A stretch of 64,000 nt of DNA from an uncultured Candidatus Saccharibacteria bacterium (GTDB lineage Bacteria > Patescibacteriota > Minisyncoccia > Phycocordibacterales > DATGWK01), in assembly GCA_964428845.1 (NCBI GenBank), contig CAYRZH010000001.1:204445-268444 (forward strand), written 5' to 3'. The notes beneath the pieces are model-generated. The model ran no database searches and was not told the DNA's origin. It saw only the letters and a program-made list of their open reading frames with translations. Of this stretch, positions 28,290 through 37,833 are shown one piece after another. Both the position numbers and the translations under genes were made by a program. Within the stretch, counting starts at the first letter, position 1. Each line of letters opens with the position of its first letter.

Positions 28290-28751
28290 TCAAGTCGTTA
28301 ATTTCTTGTAATTCTTCGGCTGGCCAAATTTAAATTTCCAGGCTTCACTTTCGCCAAGCGCCTTGAGGTCCGGCTCTATCAGATGGGCATGAATATGAAG
28401 GACACTACTGCCATAGTTTCCGTTTTCTGGGTCACTACCAAATCGGATTGCAATCCCGCCGCCCGGGATTTTTCTTTTTTTAGTCTGCTTAGCAAACATC
28501 TCTATTAGTTCTTTACCGGACTCTGGATCCATCTCCTCTATGTGCTCGATATGCGTCTTATAAATCGCCAGCAACTGGTGCTTTATTTTCTCATAAGGCC
28601 ACTGGTTGTCTGTAAGCAACCAAAATTTCCCCTCGTCGATGATTGGGTTTTTGTGATATTTGTCCAAGTTTTCGATACAAAATGGACAGTGGCCCTGTTT
28701 TTTTATTTCTTCCATTACTGCTTTCTGATCTTCACGCCTCACCGAATCCAT
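28290..28751 (-). CDS. HIT-family hydrolase/nucleotidyltransferase, native AT-rich copy
   Basis: GHCPFCIENL and HIHAHLIEP. Start set after the folA stop; the upstream ATG at 28799 would overlap folA. Confidence 0.6.
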   Translation of the reverse strand: MDSVRREDQKAVMEEIKKQGHCPFCIENLDKYHKNPIIDEGKFWLLTDNQWPYEKIKHQLLAIYKTHIEHIEEMDPESGKELIEMFAKQTKKRKIPGGGIAIRFGSDPENGNYGSSVLHIHAHLIEPDLKALGESEAWKFKFGQPKNYKKLTT

Positions 28752-28761
28752 ATTTATGTAT

Positions 28762-29253
28762 CTATTTTTTTCGTTCATATGTATAGAATGTACAGTCAAA
28801 CTTATTTTTCTCGTCTTTCTGGTGAAATTCCTCTGAAATTAAATTCCACTCATCTTTGTCGAATGTGAAGTAGACATCTCCGTCGGCAACTGTGTCGATA
28901 ACAGTAAGCATCAACCTATCCGTGAAAGGTAGAGCGAGCTTATATACTTCCGCTCCTCCGATTACGAAGACATCCTCTCCTTCTGCTATTTTTGCCGCTT
29001 CGTCCCACGAATGGATGACGACACAACCAGACGCCTGGAAGTCTTTTTGTGTTGTAAGGATTATATTTTTTCGCTCGGGGAGTGGCTTGCCAAGACTTTT
29101 TAGTATAGATTCGTAAGTCTTTCTTCCCATCAAAACAGTGTGCCCCTTTGTGGTTGAAGAAAAATGTTTTAAGTCCCTCGGTAAATGCCAAGGGATTTCA
29201 TTGGCGTGACCGATAACACCATTTTTGGAAGTGGCGACAATGATAGAAATCAT
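28762..29253 (-). CDS. folA: Dihydrofolate reductase
   Basis: MISIIVATSKNGVIGHANEIPWHLPRDLKHFSSTTKGHTVLMGRKTYESI. Confidence 0.85.
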   Translation of the reverse strand: MISIIVATSKNGVIGHANEIPWHLPRDLKHFSSTTKGHTVLMGRKTYESILKSLGKPLPERKNIILTTQKDFQASGCVVIHSWDEAAKIAEGEDVFVIGGAEVYKLALPFTDRLMLTVIDTVADGDVYFTFDKDEWNLISEEFHQKDEKNKFDCTFYTYERKK

Positions 29254-30161
29254 ATTGCGACAGGAATGGCTTTTATGCCCGGGTGAGGGTTGTAGTCGGA
29301 AAGTTCAAAGTCTTCTCTTCTGAAATCAAAAAGATTATTTTTGTTTGTATTTAGGGTAATGGTCGGCAGAGCTCTAGGTTCGCGCCCGAGCATCGTTTCT
29401 ACGGCGGGAATCTGGTCTACATAGATGTGAGCATCAGAAAAACTGTGAACATATTCGTAAGGAATCGTCTTGGTAATGTGGGCGATCATCAAGAGAAGAG
29501 ACGCATATTGGATCATGTTGGAGGGCACTCCCACCGGCACGTCTGCCGACCTCTGAATCATGTGGAGGGTTAATTTTCCATCAATAATTCTTAAATGAAC
29601 CCAGCCATGACATGGGCACACGACCACCTTTTGCTGCTTGCCTTTTCCTCTGCCCATATATTGGGGGATCCACGGCGTGACGAAATGTGTTCGAAGTTGG
29701 GGTTCTTCGATCATCTGTTCGATTATGTGCTTCCACTGGTTGAAAGAGGTTCCTTCGGAAGTCGGAAAATCATGAAATGCCGGACCGTAGGATCCCGGAC
29801 CAAGATCACCAGTCTCAAGGCCGCGTTTGGCACATTTTTCTGGAGTTGCCCAAGACTTCCACCAAAAGCACCCAAATTTTTCCAGCTCGTCGAGGGTTCG
29901 AGCTCCGTTTATGAAGCCGCATATTTCAGCAATGGCTTGCTGCCAGACAGTTACAGCCAAAGTCTCTGAAACTTTTGGATTCATATTCCGCTCCGTGATC
30001 ATCGGGAAACCGTTTTCAATCTTGAATCGCATCGGTTCTGGCCCGATAAGAGTGACGGCGTCGACGCCTTGCTGGCTAGGAGAACGGACACCTTTTGTAA
30101 GTATATCTCTAAGCAATCTCTGGTATTGACCGTCTGGTTGTCGTTCCGAATATGGTTTCAT
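29250..30161 (-). CDS. thyA: Thymidylate synthase (ThyA)
   Basis: CPCHGWVHL nucleophile region; 4-nt overlap with folA. Confidence 0.9.
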   Translation of the reverse strand: MKPYSERQPDGQYQRLLRDILTKGVRSPSQQGVDAVTLIGPEPMRFKIENGFPMITERNMNPKVSETLAVTVWQQAIAEICGFINGARTLDELEKFGCFWWKSWATPEKCAKRGLETGDLGPGSYGPAFHDFPTSEGTSFNQWKHIIEQMIEEPQLRTHFVTPWIPQYMGRGKGKQQKVVVCPCHGWVHLRIIDGKLTLHMIQRSADVPVGVPSNMIQYASLLLMIAHITKTIPYEYVHSFSDAHIYVDQIPAVETMLGREPRALPTITLNTNKNNLFDFRREDFELSDYNPHPGIKAIPVAI

Positions 30162-30252
30162 GGTCGCTAAATTCTAGCACTTTTATTTTATTTACGGCAG
30201 TAGTACCACCGACTTTTTTCTGATATCCTGAACTCAACTTAAATAAACATGA

Positions 30253-31428
30253 ATGAAAGACAAACAAATTGAAAAACTCATTCAGTCCGAGAAAAAGCGC
30301 CAGAAATCGGTAATAAACCTGATAGCTTCAGAGAATTATGTTTCGGATGATGTTCTGGAAGCACTTGGTTCTGAACTTACAAATAAATATGCTGAAGGAT
30401 ATTCGAGCCTCCGCTACTATGGGGGGAATGAGTTTTCGGACAAAATCGAGACTCTCTGCAAAGACCGGGCCCTAAAACTTTTTGGACTTTCAGAAAAAAA
30501 ATGGCACGTAAATGTCCAGCCGCTCTCCGGTTCACCGGCCAATCTCGCTGTCTACGCCGCCCTTGTTTCGCCCCATGGAAAAATAATGGGGATGAGCTTG
30601 GATCATGGTGGTCATCTGACGCATGGCCACAAAGTTTCTATTACTGGGAAATTTTGGAATCAGATTCCCTATGGAGTAGATAGGAGTAGTGAGATTATAA
30701 ACTATAAAGATCTTAAAAAAATAGCTGTAGAACACAAGCCAGATATTATTGTGGCTGGTTTTACTGCCTACCCGCGCACTATAGATTTCGATAAGTTTCG
30801 AGAGATAGCCGATGCTTGTGGCGCGTATCTTCTAGTAGATATGTCTCATATTGCTGGTCTCATTGCTGGAGGTGCGTACCCGAGTCCATTTCCATACGCT
30901 GATATTGTCACCACCACAGTACACAAGACCCTGCGCGGACCGCGAAGTGCCATGATTTTTGTCAGAAAGGATGAGCGAAACCTAGACAAACTTATCGACA
31001 AAGCAGTTTTCCCCGGTCTCCAAGGTGGGCCGCATTTGAATCAGATCGCCGCAGTCGCCGTGGCACTTAAAGAAGCAGATTCTCCAGCCTTTAAAAAATA
31101 CATCTCACAAGTTGTTAAAAATGCCAAAGTTCTTGCTAACGAGCTTATGCGCCTAGACTGGCGCGTGGTTTCTGGTGGTACGGACAGCCATCTTGTCTTG
31201 GTGGATACATGGATGGGAGGGAAGGGGATCCCGGGTAAAGAGGCTAGTAGTCGACTAGAGAAAGAGGGGATCATTGTAAACAAGAATACTATTCCTTTCG
31301 ACAGCCGTTCCCCGTTTGATCCTTCCGGGATTCGCTTGGGTACAGCTGCAGAAACTACCCGCGGGAAAAAAGAAAAAGATATGCTTGAGATTGCACGAAA
31401 GATCAATAAAATTTTGAGAAAGAAGTAA
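30253..31428 (+). CDS. glyA: Serine hydroxymethyltransferase
   Basis: ASENYVSDDVLEA...VTTTVHKTLRGPR PLP-Lys region. Confidence 0.9.
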   Translation: MKDKQIEKLIQSEKKRQKSVINLIASENYVSDDVLEALGSELTNKYAEGYSSLRYYGGNEFSDKIETLCKDRALKLFGLSEKKWHVNVQPLSGSPANLAVYAALVSPHGKIMGMSLDHGGHLTHGHKVSITGKFWNQIPYGVDRSSEIINYKDLKKIAVEHKPDIIVAGFTAYPRTIDFDKFREIADACGAYLLVDMSHIAGLIAGGAYPSPFPYADIVTTTVHKTLRGPRSAMIFVRKDERNLDKLIDKAVFPGLQGGPHLNQIAAVAVALKEADSPAFKKYISQVVKNAKVLANELMRLDWRVVSGGTDSHLVLVDTWMGGKGIPGKEASSRLEKEGIIVNKNTIPFDSRSPFDPSGIRLGTAAETTRGKKEKDMLEIARKINKILRKK

Positions 31429-31857
31429 ATGTCGACTATCCTAAAAATCATCCGGCTCGACAAAAGCATGAAAATGCCAGCTTACGCCTATCAGGATGAC
31501 GGAGCCTTCGATCTGTACTCGAGAGAGAGGATAACGATAAAACCTGGCGAACGTCTTTCTATCCCCACTGGTCTTAAAATGGAAATTCCTCCAGGATACG
31601 TTGGTTTTATTTGGGATAAAAGTGGGCTCTCACATAAGTTTGGTCTCAAAACTTTTGGTGGCGTGGCTGATGCCGGTTATCGCGGAGAGATTTTGGTTGG
31701 TATGATGAATTTGGGTACCGAACCATACACATTCGAGAAAAACCATAAGTTAGCGCAAATGACTATCCAACTCCGCGAGAAAGTGGACATCGTCGAGGTA
31801 GAGGAGCTCGGGGAATCTACTCGCGGTGAAGCTGGTTTTGGCAGTACGGGAAAGTAA
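31429..31857 (+). CDS. dut: dUTP diphosphatase (canonical, AT-rich)
   Basis: AGYRGEILV and RGEAGFGSTGK motifs. Confidence 0.85.
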   Translation: MSTILKIIRLDKSMKMPAYAYQDDGAFDLYSRERITIKPGERLSIPTGLKMEIPPGYVGFIWDKSGLSHKFGLKTFGGVADAGYRGEILVGMMNLGTEPYTFEKNHKLAQMTIQLREKVDIVEVEELGESTRGEAGFGSTGK

Positions 31858-31872
31858 CGGGGCACTGCAATT

Positions 31873-33600
31873 ATGTTCAATATTCAAGAGATAATTAAAA
31901 AAGAATTAGAGAAACTGGGACTCGATCTAGGGTCCGGCGTCCCTACCAGCGCCGAGACTTCTTCAAGTCTACTTGAACATCCAAAAACGCTTGAGCATGG
32001 CGACTATTCTTTTTTTATAAAAGACAAGGCGATAGATGTTTCGAAACTTCCAATCGACAAAATCAAACATAAATATATAGAAAAGGTAGTGGTGGTCGGA
32101 AAATTTATAAATTTCTATCTGTCGAAGCAGTTTTTTACCGATTCTCTTGAGGAAATTCTAGAAAAAAGCGATCAATTTGGGAGAAATAAAAATCTGGATG
32201 GAGAAAAAATAATTATAGAGTACACTGACCCCAATCCATTTAAAGAGTTCCACATCGGCCACCTCATGAGTAATGCCATTGGGGAGTCTCTTTCTCGTCT
32301 TCTCGAGTGGGGTGGGGCAAATGTAAAAAGAGCTTGTTACCAAGGAGATGTCGGACTCCATGTGGCCAAAGCTATTTGGGCCATGAAAAAACTCACTCTC
32401 GAAATGCCGGACATATCGGCGAACCTCTCCCAAAAGGTAGAATTTCTCGGCAAAGCCTATGTCTATGGGGCACGATCATATGAAGAAGACCAAAACTTTA
32501 AAAAAGAAATCGATGAGCTCAATAAGATTATCTACGAGAAGAGTAGTCTGGAAATAAACAAACTCTACGAATGGGGGAGAGAGGCCAGTCTCAAACATCT
32601 CGACTCTATATATAAAAAACTTGGAACTACTTTCGACTACTTTTTCTACGAGAGTGAGGCAGGCAAGGTCGGAATGTTTCTTGTTGAGGAACTTTTAAAA
32701 AAGGGAATACTAGCGAAGAGTGATGGGGCCGTGATATTTAAGGGTGAAGAGTATGGCTTGCACACCAGGGTTTTTGTTACATCTCAAGGCCTTCCGACAT
32801 ACGAGACAAAAGAGCTTGGTCTCGCCAAGATGAAATCTGATCGCGAGGACTTCGATCGTTCTATCGTTGTCACAGCAAGTGAGCAGGGCGACTATTTCAG
32901 AGTGGCTCTCAAAGTTCTTGGATTTGTCGATTCGACTGCTGAAAACAAAACTCGTCATGTTTCTCATGGGATGCTCCGGTTTGCCGAAGGCAAGATGTCT
33001 TCGAGGAAGGGCAATATTATTACTGGGGAATCTCTTGTCACTGACGTCGAGGAGCTTGTTTTAGAAAAAGTCCGAGACCGAGAACTTGGTGCTGAAGAAA
33101 AAGAAGAAATAAAAGAAGCGGTAGCGGTCGGAGCCATAAAATACTCTATTTTAAAACAGTCGCCAGGGCACGATATCATTTTCGATTTCAACAGATCTCT
33201 CTCGTTTGAAGGTGACTCGGGGCCATATTTGCAATACACCTACGCTCGAGCCAATTCTGTTTTGGAAAAAGCTAAAAAAGAAAATATAGAAGTGATTGGG
33301 GAAAGTGGTGCTGTGAGCAAGACTGCCCCTGAGGCGGCCGCCAAAACTACCGAAATCGAAAAATTACTTTATCGTTTCCCAGAAATAGTCTCGCGTGCTT
33401 TAAATGAGCAAGCTCCACAGTATATAACCACGTACTTGACCCAGATCGCTTCAGCATTCAACAACTTTTACGCCAACAACCAAATAGTCAATGTAAAAGA
33501 TGAAGAGTCTCCGCACAAAATCCTCCTGACAGAAGCTTTTAGGATTGTTATGAAGAATGGGCTCTATTTACTCGGCATTAGGGCACTAGATAAAATGTAG
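31873..33600 (+). CDS. argS: Arginyl-tRNA synthetase
   Basis: FKEFHIGHLMSNAIGESL HIGH region; 575 aa. Confidence 0.9.
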   Translation: MFNIQEIIKKELEKLGLDLGSGVPTSAETSSSLLEHPKTLEHGDYSFFIKDKAIDVSKLPIDKIKHKYIEKVVVVGKFINFYLSKQFFTDSLEEILEKSDQFGRNKNLDGEKIIIEYTDPNPFKEFHIGHLMSNAIGESLSRLLEWGGANVKRACYQGDVGLHVAKAIWAMKKLTLEMPDISANLSQKVEFLGKAYVYGARSYEEDQNFKKEIDELNKIIYEKSSLEINKLYEWGREASLKHLDSIYKKLGTTFDYFFYESEAGKVGMFLVEELLKKGILAKSDGAVIFKGEEYGLHTRVFVTSQGLPTYETKELGLAKMKSDREDFDRSIVVTASEQGDYFRVALKVLGFVDSTAENKTRHVSHGMLRFAEGKMSSRKGNIITGESLVTDVEELVLEKVRDRELGAEEKEEIKEAVAVGAIKYSILKQSPGHDIIFDFNRSLSFEGDSGPYLQYTYARANSVLEKAKKENIEVIGESGAVSKTAPEAAAKTTEIEKLLYRFPEIVSRALNEQAPQYITTYLTQIASAFNNFYANNQIVNVKDEESPHKILLTEAFRIVMKNGLYLLGIRALDKM

Positions 33601-33672
33601 TTCTAAAGGTGAGTTATCGAGAGCCTCTCTTTTTGCATAAATGTCTAAAAATGCTAGTATTTTCCTTATATT

Positions 33673-36600
33673 ATGGCCGAAGAGACTAAAAAAAATGTGG
33701 GGAAAAGTGAAGTTGCGCTTGCGGAAGAAAAAATTCTAAGGTTTTGGAAAGAGAACAAAATTTTTGAGAAAACTCTAGCGAAAAAATCGCCTGGCGGTGA
33801 GTATGTCTTCTACGATGGCCCACCATTTGCCACTGGTCTTCCTCATTATGGTCATATTTTGGTGAGTGCTATCAAAGATACGGTGCCGAGGTACTGGACC
33901 ATGAAAGGCAAACATGTAGGGCGACGTTGGGGTTGGGATTGTCATGGTCTGCCTATCGAGAATATTGTCGAAAAGGATTTAAAAATTTCTGGGAAAAAGG
34001 AAATAGAAGCTCTCGGTGTAGAAAAATTTAACGAATACGCTAAAAGTAAAGTGCTTGATTATGTGAACCAATGGAAAGAAACGGTCGAGCGTATCGGCCG
34101 TTGGGTGGATTTTGATGGTTCATACAAGACGATGGACAACACCTTCATCGAGTCTGTCTGGTGGGCACTCAAAGAGATTTGGGATAAAGATTTAATTTAT
34201 GAAGGTACCCGAGTATTGCCATACTGCCCGCGCTGCGAGACTCCTATCGCCAACTCCGAGATCGCCATGGACAACAGCTATAAAGATATCACCGACATTT
34301 CGGTGTATGTGAAGCTCGAGCTCGTGCCTGAAGAAAAAACGGGTCAAGAAAGTGAACTTAAAACATATCTCCTGGCCTGGACGACTACTCCCTGGACCTT
34401 GCCAGGCAATACTGCCGCGGCAGTAAACAAAGACTTAATGTATGTAAAAGCAAAAGTCACGCCCGCTGCTGGTGGTGGAGCCACTCCATACTTCCTAATT
34501 TTTGCTAAAGAAAAGCTCGCCGCTATTTCTAGCCTGGCAAAGGACGCGAAGCTTGAGGTTGTTTCCGAGATTAAGGGCAGTGATATCGTCGGCAAACCCT
34601 ACAAACCACTTCTAGAATATTTTTCTGGAAAAAATATTAAGAATAAAGAAAATGGCTGGAAGGTTTATGCGGCGCCATATGTCACAGCCGAGACCGGAAC
34701 AGGCATCGTGCATCTCGCGCCTGGATACGGCGAAGAGGATATGGAGTTGGCAAAAGATAATAACATTCCATTTGTGATGCATGTTGGTGCCGATGGTAAA
34801 TTTGTTTCTGAAGTGGGAGATGGCCTCGCTGGGCTCAAGGTAAAACCGAAACCGACTCCAGAAGATCCACAAGGACACCAGTCTTCAGATATCTTGATTA
34901 TCAAAATTTTAGCCGCTCGTGGTGCGCTCTTTGCCAAAGAAAAGATTGTTCATTCGTACCCACACTGTCACCGTTGCGAAACCCCCCTCTACTATTTTGC
35001 TATTCCAGCTTGGTTTATAAAAATCAGCGAAGTAAAAAAACGCATGATTGCCTTAAACGAGAAGATAAACTGGGTTCCCGAACACTTGAAACACGGCAGA
35101 TTTCTCAAGGGACTTGAGGGTGCGCCCGATTGGAATATTTCTAGAAACCGTTATTGGGCTTCGCCTCTGCCTATTTGGAAATGTGACAAATGTCCAGAAA
35201 CTACTTTCCTCGGTTCACTCGAGGATATAAAAAAACATGCTCCAGCCAAAAACAAATACTTCGTGATGCGTCATGGAGAGGCGGAGAACAATCTTCTTAA
35301 GGTTTTATCTTCTGACCCAAAGAACAATCATCGACTTACTGATAAAGGAAGAAACGATGTGGCTGTGTCGGCTCGGCTTTTAAGAAAGAAAAAAATCGAT
35401 GTTATCTACGCATCATCTTTTATCCGTGCCAAAGAGACCGCACAGATCGTGGCCGAGGCACTCGGTCTTTCTAGCGACAAAATCGTCGTTGACGATCGAT
35501 TGGTAGAAATAAACTTCGGTGAGCTTAGTGGTAAGCCGATCAAAGCCTATCCAGAGTTTTACGGCTACTCATATAAAGAGGCTTTTGAAAAGTCGATGCC
35601 TGGCGGTGAGAATCTTTCTCTCGTGAAAAAGAGAGCGGGTGATTTTATTTCCGAAATTGAGGAGAAGGAGAATGGTAAAAATATTCTCATCGTCAGTCAC
35701 GAAACTCCGATCTGGATGCTCGAGGCGGCTGCCGCGGGTGCCACCATAGCCCTGTCCGTAAAGATCCGCGAAGCGAAAGATGATGTCATCGGAACCGCCG
35801 AGTTGCGCACGCTCGATTTTTCACCTATCCCTCACAATAAAGATTACGAGCTTGATTTCCATCGGCCATATATCGATAAGATTATTTTCCCTTGCGTTTG
35901 CGGAGAGGGACAGATGCGGCGTATTCCCGAAGTGATCGACTGCTGGTTCGAATCTGGTTCTATGCCGTTTGCCCAAAGCCACTATCCCTTCGAAAATAAA
36001 AGAAATTTCGATAAGAATTTCCCGGCGCAGTTTATCGTCGAATATATTGCCCAAACGCGAACCTGGTTTTACTATACCCACGTTTTGTCGGCAATTCTTT
36101 TTAAAGATATTTCATTTGAAAACGTCATTGCTCATGGGACGGTGCTTGCGGAAGATGGACAGAAAATGTCTAAATCTAAGGGAAATTTCCCAGACCCATC
36201 TCATGTTTTCGACAAATACGGTGTGGACGCATTGCGATTCTATCTTCTGTCATCGCCCCTGATGAAATCCGAAGATCTTAGTTTTTCTGAAAAGGGAGTC
36301 GATGAGGTATACAAGAAAATAATTTTGCGTCTGCGAAACACCCTATCTTTCTATGAGATGTATAAAGGGAACCACACTCCGACGCATTCTCCAAGAGCCG
36401 AGACCATCCTTGATCGATGGATTCTCTCGCGTCTAGCCGAGGTCAATCAACAAGTCGGGCGGGCCATGGATTCATACGAGATCGACCAGGCCCTGCGCCC
36501 AATCGATGGATTTATCGAGGATCTGTCGGTCTGGTTTTTGAGACGCTCGCGTGAAAGGCTAAAAAGCGATGATGCCACAGAAAAAAATTCTGCACTTGAT

Positions 36601-37227
36601 ATCTTCCACTCCGTTCTACTAGAACTCTCAAAAATTATCGCACCATTCACTCCTTTTATTTCCGAAGATTTGTACAAGAGACTTGGCGGGGCCTTAGAAA
36701 GTGTTCACCTCGAAAGCTGGCCAAAGGCAGGGCATACAGATCAGGGTGTCATCGAGGAAATGGCAGAGGTTCGGAGAATAGTAGGCTTCGGACTCGAAGC
36801 ACGCGCCAAGGCGGGCATAAAGGTGCGTCAGCCGCTCTCGGAGCTTAAAGTTAGAAACTCCAAAATTAGAGACAAAGAAGAACTTCTAGGTCTTCTCAAA
36901 GATGAAATAAACGTTAAACAAATTTCTTTTGACGAGAAAATTGCAGACGAAGTTTCTTTAGATACAAATATTACCGAGACTCTCAAGGAAGAAGGGGATT
37001 TGCGAGAGTTTATTCGATTTGTACAAGATCTTAGAAAAAAGAAAGGCCTCAAGGCAGGAGAAGGGGCTACACTAGAGATGCATACCGACGAGTCAGGAAA
37101 AAGATTTGTTACTAAATTTGAAAAGGAAATATTAGGAAGTGCCTTTATAAAAAATATTTCTCACTTAGAAAGTTTGGAGGGCGAAACTTTCGAAATGAAT
37201 GGTACTAAATTTGTACTCTCTTTTTAG
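33673..37227 (+). CDS. ileS: Isoleucyl-tRNA synthetase with an in-frame ~200-aa histidine-phosphatase (phosphoglycerate-mutase-like) domain inserted in the zinc-knuckle loop
   Basis: HYGH and KMSKSKGN class I motifs. Insert YFVMRHGEAENN ... LTDKGRNDVAVSARLL ... ILIVSHETPI lies between IWKCDKCPETTF and FPCVCGEGQMRRIPEVIDCWFESGSMP. Confidence 0.9.
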   Translation: MAEETKKNVGKSEVALAEEKILRFWKENKIFEKTLAKKSPGGEYVFYDGPPFATGLPHYGHILVSAIKDTVPRYWTMKGKHVGRRWGWDCHGLPIENIVEKDLKISGKKEIEALGVEKFNEYAKSKVLDYVNQWKETVERIGRWVDFDGSYKTMDNTFIESVWWALKEIWDKDLIYEGTRVLPYCPRCETPIANSEIAMDNSYKDITDISVYVKLELVPEEKTGQESELKTYLLAWTTTPWTLPGNTAAAVNKDLMYVKAKVTPAAGGGATPYFLIFAKEKLAAISSLAKDAKLEVVSEIKGSDIVGKPYKPLLEYFSGKNIKNKENGWKVYAAPYVTAETGTGIVHLAPGYGEEDMELAKDNNIPFVMHVGADGKFVSEVGDGLAGLKVKPKPTPEDPQGHQSSDILIIKILAARGALFAKEKIVHSYPHCHRCETPLYYFAIPAWFIKISEVKKRMIALNEKINWVPEHLKHGRFLKGLEGAPDWNISRNRYWASPLPIWKCDKCPETTFLGSLEDIKKHAPAKNKYFVMRHGEAENNLLKVLSSDPKNNHRLTDKGRNDVAVSARLLRKKKIDVIYASSFIRAKETAQIVAEALGLSSDKIVVDDRLVEINFGELSGKPIKAYPEFYGYSYKEAFEKSMPGGENLSLVKKRAGDFISEIEEKENGKNILIVSHETPIWMLEAAAAGATIALSVKIREAKDDVIGTAELRTLDFSPIPHNKDYELDFHRPYIDKIIFPCVCGEGQMRRIPEVIDCWFESGSMPFAQSHYPFENKRNFDKNFPAQFIVEYIAQTRTWFYYTHVLSAILFKDISFENVIAHGTVLAEDGQKMSKSKGNFPDPSHVFDKYGVDALRFYLLSSPLMKSEDLSFSEKGVDEVYKKIILRLRNTLSFYEMYKGNHTPTHSPRAETILDRWILSRLAEVNQQVGRAMDSYEIDQALRPIDGFIEDLSVWFLRRSRERLKSDDATEKNSALDIFHSVLLELSKIIAPFTPFISEDLYKRLGGALESVHLESWPKAGHTDQGVIEEMAEVRRIVGFGLEARAKAGIKVRQPLSELKVRNSKIRDKEELLGLLKDEINVKQISFDEKIADEVSLDTNITETLKEEGDLREFIRFVQDLRKKKGLKAGEGATLEMHTDESGKRFVTKFEKEILGSAFIKNISHLESLEGETFEMNGTKFVLSF

Positions 37228-37228
37228 T

Positions 37229-37825
37229 ATGTTCTATCATACCCACAATACAGAAGCTTTCGTTCTGACTGCATTGCCTTCAGGAGAATCTAGCAAATAC
37301 GTATATCTATTTACAAAAGACCTCGGCCTGGTCGGAGCGCATGCTCAAGGAGTGAGAGATGTGAAGTCGAAGTTGCGTTATGCCCTCGACAACCTATCTT
37401 ACTCGAGAGTTTCTTTGGTGAGAGGTAAAAACTCCTGGAGACTCACCAACGCTGTGCCCCATAAGAATTTCTTTCTCGAGTTTCGCGATGACCAACCCAA
37501 GCTCATCTTATGTGCCAATACTCTTGCCCTTATAAAAAAGCTTGTTGCCGGCGAAGAAAAAAACCACAAACTTTTCGAAATTCTCGACAGTGGCTTTTCT
37601 TTCTTAGAGAGAGAAAGGCTTTCGTCTGACAACATAAAAAACGTCGAGGCGATCTTTATGTTGAGAATTCTAGATAACCTCGGCTATCTAGGTGACGAGG
37701 CCGTGCTCGAGCAGTTTGTCTTGGGCGACGCTTGGAGCCATGAAATGCTCGTAGAGATGGAGAGGGAACGACGAAATGCCGTTTTTGCTATAAATAAATC
37801 TCTCGAAGCGAGCCATATGATATAA
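37229..37825 (+). CDS. recO: DNA repair protein RecO-like (short form)
   Basis: N-terminal OB fold: EAFVLTALPSGESSKYVYLFTKDLGLVGAHAQGVRDVKSK...YSRVSLV. Confidence 0.55.
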   Translation: MFYHTHNTEAFVLTALPSGESSKYVYLFTKDLGLVGAHAQGVRDVKSKLRYALDNLSYSRVSLVRGKNSWRLTNAVPHKNFFLEFRDDQPKLILCANTLALIKKLVAGEEKNHKLFEILDSGFSFLERERLSSDNIKNVEAIFMLRILDNLGYLGDEAVLEQFVLGDAWSHEMLVEMERERRNAVFAINKSLEASHMI

Positions 37826-37833
37826 TTTTTGTC

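Noticed and set aside
33673-37227. Intein in IleRS as an explanation for the 1184-aa length
   Set aside because: The insert lacks an N-terminal Cys/Ser/Thr splice junction, block B TxxH, and the terminal HN plus nucleophile. Instead it carries intact histidine-phosphatase motifs, so it is a domain insertion.
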